Both the position numbers and the translations under genes were made by a program. From contig JAFSGN010000009.1 in assembly GCA_017440805.1 (NCBI GenBank), forward strand, positions 4,302 through 68,301: a stretch of 64,000 bases of DNA, written 5' to 3'. This stretch comes from Clostridia bacterium (GTDB taxonomy: Bacteria > Bacillota > Clostridia > Oscillospirales > SIG627). Below are positions 1 to 9,876 of this stretch, in pieces. The notes under the pieces are model-generated. The model was not told the origin of the DNA. It did no database searches and saw only the letters and a program-made list of their open reading frames with translations. The first letter of the stretch is position 1, and each line of letters begins with the position of its first letter.

Positions 1-1564
1 ATTTGTATATTCCCGTATCGACACCGACGCCACTCCGCTTTTTTATTTTTCTGGAAACAAGTCTGAACGCATACATGATAATGTTGTGGCTTTTGATGTT
101 GACGGTGATACGGTTTACTACACCGATAAAAATGATAATACGATTAATTCCCGCAGTCTTTCCACCGGGAAAGTGAAAATGCTGCACGACATATATCTTA
201 CAAACCTCATATATGACAACGGCACAATATACGGAAAAGGCGATAATGACTATATTGTTTACGAGTATAATGTTGCAAACGACACCATTACCTCAGGTGC
301 ATACGACATTTATTCCGTATTCAATATCATTGACGGCAAAGTAAAAGGAGTATATTATTCAGGTGCACTGCTTTCACAAACGATTTTTGACAGTTATTCT
401 CCCGCTGTTCTTACATCATATCTTCCCGACGGTGAATATAAGAACTGGAAACAGTACGATTCCCGCTGGGCAAATATCAAATTTCCCAACGGTGAGACCA
501 TAAAGCAGGTTGGCTGTCTTGTAACAAGTATTGCAATACTTGTTGTGGGTTCGGGAATACGCGATGAGGTGGAGTTTAATCCCGGAACTTTTGTGGAATC
601 CCTTAAAAACAACAACGGTTTCAGCGGGGCATCACTATACTGGTCGGCGGTAGAGCGGGTTATACCCGAATTTAAACTGTATTCTTCATGGACATCTCTC
701 AACGGAACAAAAAAAGAAAAAGCACAACTTATCTCCTCTCATCTTGAACAGGGAAGAAAAGTTGTTGTCCGTGCAGTATCAAATCAGCACTGGGTTGCAG
801 TTGACAAGGTTGAAAACGGGAAAATATACATTTGCGACCCGGGTCGGAATGTGACCGATTTATTTGATTATTACGATGCAAACGATGTTACAAGAATTGC
901 AATTTTTCACCCCGTTTCTTCCGAAACGGTAAAATATGAAAGCGGTCTTTATTCCATTACTTCCGACAACGGACTCAGACTCCGTGCAGGTCCCGGTCTT
1001 AACTATGACAGACTTTCTCTCATCCCTTTTGAAGAGGTTGTGGAAATCAAATCTGTGGGAGACCAATGGGGTTATACCACATACAACGGTGTTAACGGAT
1101 GGGTTTTTATGGAATACACAAAGTTTATCCAGCCTTTGATGTATACTGTTAAATACAACGCAAACGGCGGTATAAATGCTCCCGAATCCCAGCAAAAAAC
1201 TCACGACTCTCCCCTTGGCCTTACTCTTTCCCAGCCACAGTATGACGGATATATATTTTTAGGTTGGTCGCCCGACCCCTCTGCATCTTTTGCAGCATAT
1301 TTTCCGGGTGATGTATACCAGATGAACGACAATATCACCCTTTATGCCGTATGGCAGAAAAGTTCCTCCCCCTTTATTTACGGCGATACCAATCTTGACG
1401 GTATTTTTTCCCTTGCAGATATTGCCATTACAGCATTGCACATAAAAAATCCCGACGAACATCCCCTGACCTACGAAATGTTCTCTGCTGCGGATATTAA
1501 CAAGGACAATGTTGTAAATATAATTGACCTGGAACTCATGAAAATAAAACTTGCGTCAATATAA
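1..1564 (+). CDS. Secreted multidomain protein, 5'-truncated by the window edge: C39-like cysteine-peptidase domain, SH3, Listeria/Bacteroides-type (Flg_new) repeat and C-terminal type I dockerin
   Basis: The frame is open from nt 2 with no stop upstream of the GTG at 86, so the real start lies outside the window. Motifs: YDSRWANIKF..QVGCLVTSIAI (C39_2-like Cys), GLRLRAGPGLNYDRL..GWVFMEYT (SH3), YTVKYNANGG..LGWSPD..ITLYAVW (Flg_new), and a dockerin at the C-terminus. Confidence 0.8.
   Translation, partial: FVYSRIDTDATPLFYFSGNKSERIHDNVVAFDVDGDTVYYTDKNDNTINSRSLSTGKVKMLHDIYLTNLIYDNGTIYGKGDNDYIVYEYNVANDTITSGAYDIYSVFNIIDGKVKGVYYSGALLSQTIFDSYSPAVLTSYLPDGEYKNWKQYDSRWANIKFPNGETIKQVGCLVTSIAILVVGSGIRDEVEFNPGTFVESLKNNNGFSGASLYWSAVERVIPEFKLYSSWTSLNGTKKEKAQLISSHLEQGRKVVVRAVSNQHWVAVDKVENGKIYICDPGRNVTDLFDYYDANDVTRIAIFHPVSSETVKYESGLYSITSDNGLRLRAGPGLNYDRLSLIPFEEVVEIKSVGDQWGYTTYNGVNGWVFMEYTKFIQPLMYTVKYNANGGINAPESQQKTHDSPLGLTLSQPQYDGYIFLGWSPDPSASFAAYFPGDVYQMNDNITLYAVWQKSSSPFIYGDTNLDGIFSLADIAITALHIKNPDEHPLTYEMFSAADINKDNVVNIIDLELMKIKLASI
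1379..1561 (+). other. Type I dockerin module (duplicated Ca-binding segments)
   Basis: YGDTNLDGIFSLADIAITALHI ... SAADINKDNVVNIIDLELMKIKL shows two F-hand-like loops, DTNLDGxxxxxD and DINKDNxxxxxD. Confidence 0.75.
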
Positions 1565-1571
1565 CCAAATC

Positions 1572-1616
1572 AAAAAAAGCCATAACCCTTGTATTACAGG
1601 GATTATGGCTTTTCTT
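1572..1616. terminator. Bidirectional rho-independent terminator between convergent genes
   Basis: An A-run is followed by the stem GCCATAACCCT / AGGGATTATGGC (one bulge) and a T-run. Confidence 0.6.
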
Positions 1617-2379
1617 ATTTAATAAGTTCAAGTGCTTCTCTGTGTGCGTTTTCTGTCCCGGCAAGTACCGAGCAGGGTTTGTTTAATGTAACAGGTGTAT
1701 TTTCCATTGTGGTAACCGTACCTCCTGCCTCACGGACAATAAGTGATGCAGCAGCATAATCCCAGGGTTGTAACTGCAGTTCAAAGAAAAGGTTGCTGCA
1801 GCCGCATGCCACATCGCACAGGTCCAGAACAGCACTGCCGGAACGCCGTATATCCATCGATTTTTCAAGAAAAAGTTCTGCCAGACCAAGAGTTTCATGC
1901 GCCGTTTTCCGATTGTACGGAGTTGTTCCGAAAGATACAATTCCTTCAGAAATACTGCCGTTTCCCATTTTTACGGCTCTTCCGTTAAGAAATGCTCCCT
2001 GTCCTTTTAGTGCAGTATACATCTTATTTTTGTAAGGGTTATATACAACGCCGAAAATCACTTCACAGTCTTTCACAAGTGCTACCGATATTGCACTGTG
2101 GTCAAATCCTTTTATAAAATTTGTTGTTCCGTCTATGGGGTCAATAATGAAAGTATATTCATTCATATCGGGGACTGCACTTCCGCTTTCTTCTGCAAAA
2201 AAATTTGCCTGCGGAAGAATTTTTGAAAGCCCCTCTATCAGACATTCCTGAACCTTTACATCATAAGCGGTAACAAAATTTGCATCACCGTTTTTTTCTG
2301 ATATTTCAGCCTGAATATCAGATGCGGAAAGCACAATCTCCCCCGCCGTTTTTATGAGTTCCGTTATTTGCCGGTACAT
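1615..2379 (-). CDS. Inositol monophosphatase family protein (SuhB/IMPase-like)
   Basis: IIDPIDGTTNF and WDYAAASLIVREAGG motifs. 254 aa. Confidence 0.85.
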   Translation of the reverse strand: MYRQITELIKTAGEIVLSASDIQAEISEKNGDANFVTAYDVKVQECLIEGLSKILPQANFFAEESGSAVPDMNEYTFIIDPIDGTTNFIKGFDHSAISVALVKDCEVIFGVVYNPYKNKMYTALKGQGAFLNGRAVKMGNGSISEGIVSFGTTPYNRKTAHETLGLAELFLEKSMDIRRSGSAVLDLCDVACGCSNLFFELQLQPWDYAAASLIVREAGGTVTTMENTPVTLNKPCSVLAGTENAHREALELIK

Positions 2380-2393
2380 ACTGCTTATTATTC

Positions 2394-2996
2394 CTATTCA
2401 AGTACAAGTTCACCGAAAAATTCAGGTCTGTGGTAATCGGGAGTGGGAGTGTCTACCGGTGACCAGAGAGCATAGTGCGGAATTTCGGTTTTGTCTCCGC
2501 ATTTAAAGAAGTTTGCTTTATAAACCGCACCGCTCTGGGTGTTTATTGTTCCAAACATTTTTTCCAGCATATCTGTTGTCAGAAGATATTCAACCTGCCA
2601 ATAGTCCTCCTGCTTTTCAACCTTGATTTCGGGCAGATTATCCCATAAATTTGTTACTAACACTCTGTCGTGTCTGCTGCTGCCGAAACTGCAGTCAATA
2701 GTTCCCAGGGCGTTTACTTCCATATTCGCATATTTATCCTGTTTTTCAGGTGCAAAATTGAAGAAAAATTCTACACAACTGTCATTGCATACAGGGTCAT
2801 GATAATTTTTGTATACCGCACGGGGATTTTTTTCCATGCATTTCATGCGGACATAAAAACCTTCACCCTTTACAAAAATAACCTGTGCGTATGTTTCGGG
2901 TTTATATCCGTCAAGCCAGGAAAAAACATCAATCTTTAATGTATCTGCCTTTGAAAAATCCTTTTCATCGAGGTTTCTGATAATATACTGTTTCAT
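2394..2996 (-). CDS. Carbohydrate-binding family 9-like protein
   Basis: The family-typical C-terminus YALWSPV..PDYHRPEFFGELV is present. I moved the start to the ATG at 2996, preceded by AAAGGA N8, instead of the ORF-track 3020. Confidence 0.55.
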   Translation of the reverse strand: MKQYIIRNLDEKDFSKADTLKIDVFSWLDGYKPETYAQVIFVKGEGFYVRMKCMEKNPRAVYKNYHDPVCNDSCVEFFFNFAPEKQDKYANMEVNALGTIDCSFGSSRHDRVLVTNLWDNLPEIKVEKQEDYWQVEYLLTTDMLEKMFGTINTQSGAVYKANFFKCGDKTEIPHYALWSPVDTPTPDYHRPEFFGELVLE

Positions 2997-2998
2997 TT

Positions 2999-3445
2999 TT
3001 ATTTTCCTTTCGTCAAACAAAAGTTAAGTTTATTTCCGCAAAATCCGCAGAATACCGCCTGTGAATTTGTTTTCTTCCCGCACCGGAAACAGACGGACTC
3101 TTGTGTTTTATTCTTTAGTCCGCACAATGTACAGAAATTGGAGGTGTTTTCTTTTCCGCATCTGCACCGCCACATCATAATGCGATGTTCCCCGGAAACA
3201 GGTGAAACATCATCTATTCTGAAATTCCCTACAAAGCAGGAGGAAACCTCTTGGTTATTGTAAAACATACCGCAGTGACACATATCACAGGGAAGGGCGT
3301 ATTTGTTTTGTATCTCTTCAAGAATTATTCTGCAGACTTTTTCGATATCAGAAATTTCATCTCTGTGAGAAACCACTCCGCGAAAGCGGTAATCCTTCAG
3401 TGTTATATCAAAATTTTGAGTTTTCATATCTTTCGTTCCCATCAT
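2999..3445 (-). CDS. Zinc-ribbon domain protein (double CxxC ribbon at the C-terminus)
   Basis: CRCGKENTSNFCTLCG..CFRCGKKTNSQAVFCGFCG. It lies 2 nt upstream of the next gene in the same operon. The start codon is uncertain (ATG at 3445, 3442 or 3427). Confidence 0.6.
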   Translation of the reverse strand: MMGTKDMKTQNFDITLKDYRFRGVVSHRDEISDIEKVCRIILEEIQNKYALPCDMCHCGMFYNNQEVSSCFVGNFRIDDVSPVSGEHRIMMWRCRCGKENTSNFCTLCGLKNKTQESVCFRCGKKTNSQAVFCGFCGNKLNFCLTKGK

Positions 3446-3457
3446 AAGTTAGATTAC

Positions 3458-3486
3458 ATTATACCCTTTTTTATTCATTTTTTCAA
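3458..3486 (-). promoter_or_regulatory. Sigma-A-type promoter for the zinc-ribbon/CBM9-like/IMPase operon
   Basis: The minus strand reads TTGAAA-17 nt-TATAAT. The -10 lies only about 13 nt from the first ATG, so the leader is very short. Confidence 0.45.
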
Positions 3487-3651
3487 TAGCATAACACAAA
3501 AAAGCACCTGCAGATTGGAAGAATGCTCTGTATAGTAAAGAAAGTTAACATACTATTAATCTTTCAGAAATAATTGTATGAATTTTTTCGTAATTTACCA
3601 TTAAGAAATCTTCAATTATGCATTTTATACAGAAAAACATTGCCGTAACGG

Positions 3652-3680
3652 TTGCATTTCTCATTATTTTAGTATATAAT
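3652..3680 (+). promoter_or_regulatory. Sigma-A-type promoter for the M23 peptidase gene
   Basis: TTGCAT-17 nt-TATAAT, about 115 nt upstream of the ATG at 3798. Confidence 0.45.
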
Positions 3681-3797
3681 AACCAAGAATGCGGTTTTGG
3701 ATATACATATATTATAATGGTATAAAATGCGGTTGCTCAAATCCGGCAGCCGTCAATCGTGATATTTTCTCTACTTGATTAAAGAAGGAGTGACTTC

Positions 3798-5663
3798 ATG
3801 CGGAACGAAAAAAACAGCCATAACAAGTCCCGAACAAGCGAGTTTTTCAATGCATTATTGTCCGTGCTTATGTTACCGGTATCGTTTGTTCTGTCCTTGC
3901 CGCAAAGGATAAAAGGATTTGTGAAGAAACTCGGCAACAAGGAACTGTATAAGAACGCTGCTCACTATACATTGAACTGCAAATCATACAATCCCTCTTT
4001 TTCAGGACTTTTCGTGTGTTTCAAAGCATCGGGATTAGGCTTTTTTGACAGTTTATACAATGCTCTTTACATGTATGTAAGCGAGAAAGTTTTCCGTTCC
4101 GAAGATTTACCCAAAAAACGCTACGGAAATACTGCCATTCACCCGTTGGGTTACAACCGGAAAAACAGTAAAGTTACTTTCTGGTCGTTTGTTACAGGTA
4201 TACTCGATGTTATTCCCCGTGTTTGCTTTATCCCATCAAAGATTTCAGCGAAATTAAAATCAAACAGACTTCTCAACGAAAACAGTTTTTCCAATATAAT
4301 GAGATTTGTCTCGGGTTGCCGCAGAAAAGTTTCCTACATACTTCCCGTTATTATGGCTGCGGCAGTCGGTTTATACATCTACAATGTTTCCTCTTCGGAA
4401 ATTGTACTTAATGTATCATACAACGGCATTGAACTGGGACATGTGGAAAACAGCGATGTAATAAACAATGTTATCAACTCGGTGGAAGAAACAATTTCGG
4501 GTGCATCGGGAGTTTCCATGAAACTTTCGGGAAATATCACCTACTCCACCTCCAAAACATCCTCCCCCGACTATGCAACCTCTTCCGAACTTTATTCAGA
4601 CATACTCACGGAAGCAAAAAAAGATTATACCGACGCATACGCATTATATATTGACGGCACATTTGTTGCGGCATGTCAGACAAAAACCGAAATTGAAAGT
4701 GTTCTTAACGAGTTTTCAGGCGGTGACTATACGGTGATTGCCAACGGAATACAAATTCTCAAACAGGATTACCCCAAAAACTCCGTGAAAACTGCAGAGC
4801 AACTCAGAGAAATTCTGGGTAACGGCTCAAAACCAAAAGAAAAACTTGTAGTTATGTCCCTTAATGCAACAACTATAAAAGATGAGCCTGCAGCACCGGT
4901 AAAAGTTCTGAGAAACATTCCTGCCCCCATAAATGACGATGAGGTCGACTTTTCCAACGCATATGCTATTGACGACACTCAAAAGGTACTTGAAATAAAT
5001 TATCTTACCGAAGAATTCCAGCAAAAGACAGTTGTTTCCAAATACGAAACAAGATACGAATACGACCCCGATATGTATATTACATCAAAATATGTAAAAC
5101 AGTACGGAAGAGACGGGTCAAAAAAAGTTACAGAAAAAATAACATATATCAACGGCATAGAAGATTCCCGACTCACAGTAAGCGAAGAAACCATAAAACA
5201 GCCGATTGACAAAATTGTGGTATGCGGGCTCAAACCACTGCCCGAAAACAGCCGTTCCGGTGAGGGAAAAGTAATGATATGGCCCTACGAAGGCGAAATA
5301 AACGAACACTTCGGCTGGAGGGTCAGAAACAACTCTTATTATGAATATCATGCCGGAATTGATATGTCCGCTCCCAGAGGCACTCCCATTTTTGCAGCAG
5401 CATCCGGTGTGGTGGAAAAAGCAGGAAATTTCTACAACGGTTACGGAAAAATGGTAATAATTCACCACGGAGACGGCATACAGACCTACTACGCACACAT
5501 GAACGATATTTATGTTTCCACAGGTGATGTTATCACCCAGGGTACAATTATAGGTGAAATAGGTTCAACAGGTGATTCCACCGGAAACCACATACATTTT
5601 GAAGTTCGTGTCGACGGCACTCCTGACAATCCGTTGAACCACCTTATACCAAGAGGAGAATAA
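3798..5663 (+). CDS. M23 family peptidoglycan metalloendopeptidase with G5 domain and long membrane-anchored N-terminal region
   Basis: HAGIDMSAPRGTPIFAAASGVV and GNHIHFEV (M23 Zn motifs). A G5-like segment YEYDPDMY..GRDGSKKVTEKITYINGIE precedes them. RBS is AAGGAG. Confidence 0.85.
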   Translation: MRNEKNSHNKSRTSEFFNALLSVLMLPVSFVLSLPQRIKGFVKKLGNKELYKNAAHYTLNCKSYNPSFSGLFVCFKASGLGFFDSLYNALYMYVSEKVFRSEDLPKKRYGNTAIHPLGYNRKNSKVTFWSFVTGILDVIPRVCFIPSKISAKLKSNRLLNENSFSNIMRFVSGCRRKVSYILPVIMAAAVGLYIYNVSSSEIVLNVSYNGIELGHVENSDVINNVINSVEETISGASGVSMKLSGNITYSTSKTSSPDYATSSELYSDILTEAKKDYTDAYALYIDGTFVAACQTKTEIESVLNEFSGGDYTVIANGIQILKQDYPKNSVKTAEQLREILGNGSKPKEKLVVMSLNATTIKDEPAAPVKVLRNIPAPINDDEVDFSNAYAIDDTQKVLEINYLTEEFQQKTVVSKYETRYEYDPDMYITSKYVKQYGRDGSKKVTEKITYINGIEDSRLTVSEETIKQPIDKIVVCGLKPLPENSRSGEGKVMIWPYEGEINEHFGWRVRNNSYYEYHAGIDMSAPRGTPIFAAASGVVEKAGNFYNGYGKMVIIHHGDGIQTYYAHMNDIYVSTGDVITQGTIIGEIGSTGDSTGNHIHFEVRVDGTPDNPLNHLIPRGE

Positions 5664-5670
5664 TTCAAGA

Positions 5671-6204
5671 ATGAAAAAGATTTTATTTATTTTGTTTGCT
5701 TTTTGCCTTATATTGCTTACATCTTGCTCTGACGGCAGTATGGGCGGTCATCCGGTGGGCAAAATGGAACTTTCCAACAAGGCGGTTGACTTCACTTTTT
5801 ACTATCCTGACACATGGCTTACCAATATGAACGAGGGTATGGTTTGCCTTTATGTCGCAAACGACGACCCGTCAAATGTATCTGTAACAACATTCGGACT
5901 GGGCGAGGATTTTTCCACACTGGACGAATATATTTCTGGACTCCCCGAGAGTTTTACATCCCAGTGGAACGCAGTATTCGGTCAGACAGATTTTGGCACT
6001 CCCGAAGAAATAACTCTGGGCGGTGTTCCCGCAAAGAAACTTACTTATGAAGTTACTATCGGTCAAATTCCCTACCGTTATATTCAGGTGTTTGCACTGA
6101 AAGACTCAAATGTCTACACTCTCACATACGCGGCACGAACCGAAGTCTTTGACAAACATCTGAAAAATGTCAACGGAATAATCGAAAGTTTCAGTTTCAA
6201 ATAA
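5671..6204 (+). CDS. Lipoprotein of unknown function
   Basis: Signal peptide with lipobox LLTSC. The start is 7 nt after the M23 stop. Confidence 0.7.
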   Translation: MKKILFILFAFCLILLTSCSDGSMGGHPVGKMELSNKAVDFTFYYPDTWLTNMNEGMVCLYVANDDPSNVSVTTFGLGEDFSTLDEYISGLPESFTSQWNAVFGQTDFGTPEEITLGGVPAKKLTYEVTIGQIPYRYIQVFALKDSNVYTLTYAARTEVFDKHLKNVNGIIESFSFK

Positions 6205-6223
6205 TCATAAATCAAATGATACA

Positions 6224-6287
6224 ATCCCCTTAGAGCAGTACTCGAAAACAAAAAGTTTTCAGGACTACGCTAAGGGGATTTCTTTAA
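6224..6287. terminator. Bidirectional terminator (long imperfect hairpin)
   Basis: The outer stem AATCCCCTTAG/CTAAGGGGATT encloses the inner stem CGAAAAC/GTTTTC(A)G and is followed by TTTCTTT. It lies between convergent genes. Confidence 0.5.
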
Positions 6288-6306
6288 AGTCTGCCTACAT
6301 ATGACT

Positions 6307-7611
6307 TTATTTATTCAGATATTGAATGTATTCCTCAAGACACATATCAAGTTCGTACATTCTCATGGCGTGGAATCTGCCCACATAACGAAAATGCCAC
6401 GGCTCATACATTATACCGGTTATTTCGGTTTTATCTTCCGGATAGCGGAGAATAAAACCAAAATACTGACAGTTTTCTTCCAGCCATTTTGCCTGACTTG
6501 TGCCGGCAAATTTCATTGACGCGGTAGAACGGTTGTGTATATCGGCGGTAAGTCCGCTCTGATGTTCACTTGCGCCGGGTGGATTTACCGATTTTTTTGC
6601 CTCTTGTTCAGCATTGTCGCCGTATTGGTCTCTCAAGGACTCTACTTCTTCCTGATACAGCCACGATTGAGTCTTATAACTTCTGTACGCACTTGTAACC
6701 CATAAATCGCTGAAACCGTATTTTCTTGCCTCTATCATCATTGCATCCGCAGCCATCTGTGCATTAAGGCACATTTTCTGTTTGTCACGGTCAGGTTTTG
6801 TATATTCAACATTTCTCAGATTTTCGGGTACAAAATCCTCGGAAAGAAGATTTGATGTATTCACAAGGTACAGGAAATCGTCTCTGTTTTCGGGGTTCAT
6901 ATACTGCTCGTATTTGTAAAGGTCGGCCCTGAACTTTATCGGCAAATCATTAAAATACCGGCTTTCTTCAATGTAAGGAGTGGTTTGTGCCGGTTTATTG
7001 TAAAAAGATATTTGTTTGGTACCGTCGTTCTTTATGGTACAGGTATGCCGGTCCTTTTCTATTGTAATTCCGTCAACTCCCGTTTCAAAAAATTCAAACG
7101 GAATATACAACTCATCATCTTCTATTACCGCCTTTGCACCAAGGGTTACAGAGGTTCCGTTTACAGTAGCCTTTTGTGAGTCAACTCCAAATGACGCCCA
7201 TTCATCTACACCGTTCAATATAATTGTCACATTGTTGACGGGATCTCCCGCACGGGTTATATCGGCGCCCAAAAACTCAAATGCAGAAGCCGGTATATAT
7301 GCAGTTCCCTCGCTTCTGGCAATTTTTTTAACAGCGCTGAAATCAACAAAATCTTGTGTTTCAAGAACCTTTCCGGTTTCAGAATCCACAGAATAGTTTA
7401 TCAGTTTTATATCACTGCTGTGAGGCGGTGTTTCGGTACGGCGGAACCTTATGCTTAACGCAACCCCGAACACATAAATCAAACAGAAAACAAAATAAAA
7501 AACAAGAAAGAAAAACAGTCCTGCAATAAATTTTCCTTTTCTTTTAGCCTTTTTTCTTTTTTTTCGGTATTGTGCGGTTTTTCCCGGAAGAGATTTATTC
7601 TGATTATTCAT
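6307..7611 (-). CDS. D-alanyl-D-alanine carboxypeptidase family (VanY/M15B) with N-terminal TM anchor and copper-amine-oxidase-N-like stalk domain
   Basis: SAYRSYKTQ, ASEHQSGLTADI and EPWHFRYVG (M15B motifs). N-terminus is basic followed by a TM helix. Confidence 0.85.
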   Translation of the reverse strand: MNNQNKSLPGKTAQYRKKRKKAKRKGKFIAGLFFFLVFYFVFCLIYVFGVALSIRFRRTETPPHSSDIKLINYSVDSETGKVLETQDFVDFSAVKKIARSEGTAYIPASAFEFLGADITRAGDPVNNVTIILNGVDEWASFGVDSQKATVNGTSVTLGAKAVIEDDELYIPFEFFETGVDGITIEKDRHTCTIKNDGTKQISFYNKPAQTTPYIEESRYFNDLPIKFRADLYKYEQYMNPENRDDFLYLVNTSNLLSEDFVPENLRNVEYTKPDRDKQKMCLNAQMAADAMMIEARKYGFSDLWVTSAYRSYKTQSWLYQEEVESLRDQYGDNAEQEAKKSVNPPGASEHQSGLTADIHNRSTASMKFAGTSQAKWLEENCQYFGFILRYPEDKTEITGIMYEPWHFRYVGRFHAMRMYELDMCLEEYIQYLNK

Positions 7612-7667
7612 ACCATACCTTTCTTTCTGCGCGTCACGGATTGTGTACTCATAATTTTATAAAAGAC

Positions 7668-7696
7668 TTGATTAACCGTCCCTTTTATGTTATACT
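7668..7696 (+). promoter_or_regulatory. Sigma-A-type promoter for ygiQ
   Basis: TTGATT-17 nt-TATACT. Confidence 0.4.
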
Positions 7697-7742
7697 ATAT
7701 TATAATATTCAATACTTATATTGTCAAGTAAAATGGTGAATT

Positions 7743-9650
7743 ATGAATAATGATTTTTTGCCCGTTTGCGCAGAGGATTTAAAAGTGCGCGGCTGGGAAG
7801 ATGTTGATTTTGTATATGTTACGGGTGATGCCTATGTGGACCACCCTTCTTTTGGTGTTTCCATTATTTCAAGAGTGTTGGAAAAAGCAGGCTATCGTAT
7901 AGCCATTTTGTCACAGCCCGACTGGCGAAAACCCGAAAATTTTAAAATATTCGGCAAACCCCGTCTTGGCTTTCTTGTAACCTCGGGAAATATTGATTCA
8001 ATGGTTGCACACTATACTGCATCAAAGAAAAAGAGAAGCAGCGACTATTATTCTCCCGGCGGAAAAGCAGGTTTACGCCCCGACAGAGCAGTTATTGTAT
8101 ACTGCAATATGATTCGTCAGGCATACGGGGATATTCCGATAATTATAGGCGGTCTTGAAGCGTCTTTACGGCGTTTTGCCCATTACGACTATTGGGACAA
8201 CAAGGTCAGACGCAGTATACTGTGCGACTCCCGTGCAGATATTTTAACCTATGGTATGGGTGAAAATATACTCTTGCGTATTGCAACTCTTTTGGACAAG
8301 GGTGTTCCCGTAAAGAAAATCCGCGATGTAAGAGGTACTGTCGTACTGTGTGAAAAAGATTATAAGCCGTCGGGAGAAACCATATTCTGCGGTGATTATG
8401 ATAATCTGAAAACCGACAAAAATCTGTATGCAAAGGCTTTTGCAATACAATATAAAAACAACGACCATATAAACGGAAAAATTATAACCGAGGGCTATGA
8501 CAATAAAATTCTTGTCCAGAACCCCCCAATGCCTCCCCTTGAAAGAGAGGAACTTGACAGGGTTTATTCCCTGCCGTATATGAGGGATTACCATCCCATG
8601 TACCAAAAAGACGGCGGTGTTCCTGCGATAAACGAAGTAAAGTTTTCCATTACTCACAACAGAGGTTGTTTCGGCGGTTGTGCCTTTTGTGCTCTTGCAT
8701 ACCATCAGGGCAGAACAGTCAGAAGCCGTTCTGTAAAATCGGTTGTACGGGAGGCAGAAATAATTGCCTCTATGCCCGATTTCAAAGGATATATTCACGA
8801 TGTGGGCGGTCCTACCGCAAATTTCCGATACCCTTCCTGCAAAAAACAACTTACCCATGGAATGTGCAAAAACAGACGATGTCTTACGCCCACTCCCTGT
8901 CCCAATCTTGAAGCAGACCACAGCGAATATATACGGCTTTTGCACGAAGTGGAAAAGGTAGAGGGAGTCAAAAAAGTTTTTATCCGCTCCGGAATACGAT
9001 TTGACTATATGTTAGCCGACAGTAATGATTCATTTTTCAAGCGTCTGGTATCCCGTCATACCAGCGGACAACTTAAAGTAGCACCCGAACACTGTTCCGA
9101 CCGTGTATTAAAGCAAATGGGTAAACCCTCTATACAGGTCTACAACAAATTCAAAGAAAAATACTTTTCTCTGTGCGATAAATTCGGTCTTGAGCAATAC
9201 CTTGTACCGTATCTTATGTCCAGTCATCCGGGCTCTACCCTTAATGACGCCATTGAACTTGCTCTCTATCTTAAAAAAAGCGGTTATTCGCCTGAGCAGG
9301 TTCAGGATTTTTATCCCACTCCCGGAACTGCATCTACTTGTATGTTCTACACCGGCACAGACCCCTTTACAAACAAAAAAGTATATATTCCCTCTGACTA
9401 TGAAGAAAAGCGTATGCAAAGAGCACTTTTACAATTCAAACGCCCCGAAAATCACCCGCTTATAAGAAAAGCACTTATAAAAGCGGGCAGAAATGACCTT
9501 ATCGGATTTGGTGCAAACTGCCTTGTTCCTCCCGAAAGAAACTCCTCCTCGGCACAGCAGAAAGGCAAAAAACACCTTAGCGAGGCAAAGGGTAAACATC
9601 AGGTTGCTTCCCATGGCAAAAAACAAGGAAAAATAATGAAAAAGAAATAA
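7743..9650 (+). CDS. ygiQ: YgiQ family radical SAM protein (UPF0313), with lysine-rich C-terminal tail
   Basis: Family-typical N-terminus [26 protein letters not shown], and a radical-SAM cluster CFGGCAFC. Confidence 0.9.
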   Translation: MNNDFLPVCAEDLKVRGWEDVDFVYVTGDAYVDHPSFGVSIISRVLEKAGYRIAILSQPDWRKPENFKIFGKPRLGFLVTSGNIDSMVAHYTASKKKRSSDYYSPGGKAGLRPDRAVIVYCNMIRQAYGDIPIIIGGLEASLRRFAHYDYWDNKVRRSILCDSRADILTYGMGENILLRIATLLDKGVPVKKIRDVRGTVVLCEKDYKPSGETIFCGDYDNLKTDKNLYAKAFAIQYKNNDHINGKIITEGYDNKILVQNPPMPPLEREELDRVYSLPYMRDYHPMYQKDGGVPAINEVKFSITHNRGCFGGCAFCALAYHQGRTVRSRSVKSVVREAEIIASMPDFKGYIHDVGGPTANFRYPSCKKQLTHGMCKNRRCLTPTPCPNLEADHSEYIRLLHEVEKVEGVKKVFIRSGIRFDYMLADSNDSFFKRLVSRHTSGQLKVAPEHCSDRVLKQMGKPSIQVYNKFKEKYFSLCDKFGLEQYLVPYLMSSHPGSTLNDAIELALYLKKSGYSPEQVQDFYPTPGTASTCMFYTGTDPFTNKKVYIPSDYEEKRMQRALLQFKRPENHPLIRKALIKAGRNDLIGFGANCLVPPERNSSSAQQKGKKHLSEAKGKHQVASHGKKQGKIMKKK

Positions 9651-9668
9651 ATAATTCTTCCAAAAGTA

Positions 9669-9697
9669 TTGATTTTTTTGAAAACTTGTGATATAAT
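9669..9697 (+). promoter_or_regulatory. Sigma-A-type promoter (extended -10) of the rimP-nusA-infB operon
   Basis: TTGATT-17 nt-TGaTATAAT, about 180 nt upstream of rimP. Confidence 0.5.
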
Positions 9698-9728
9698 AAC
9701 AATAGTACAATTTAAGATGAAGGATGAT

Positions 9729-9762
9729 GAAAGAGTGGTTGACGCCACTCTTTCAAGTTTTA
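9729..9762 (+). promoter_or_regulatory. Terminator-like hairpin in the rimP leader (candidate attenuator)
   Basis: A perfect 10-bp stem GAAAGAGTGG/CCACTCTTTC with a 6-nt loop, followed by AAGTTTTA. It lies about 30 nt downstream of the predicted TSS. Confidence 0.35.
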
Positions 9763-9876
9763 TATAAGCAAACAGACAAAAAATTCAATCAATCCGAATA
9801 AATCCGGCAAATATAAAACGATATCCCGAAAATCCACAATTCTTGTTTATTATTTATTTATATACAGGAGGAACAA

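Noticed and set aside
8244-8945. 233-aa minus-strand ORF inside ygiQ
   Set aside because: It is an antisense shadow ORF of a conserved radical SAM gene.
9717-9767. 16-codon mini-ORF (MKDDERVVDATLSSFI) overlapping the rimP leader hairpin, as a possible leader peptide
   Set aside because: It has no Shine-Dalgarno sequence and no run of regulatory codons. The hairpin alone explains the sequence.
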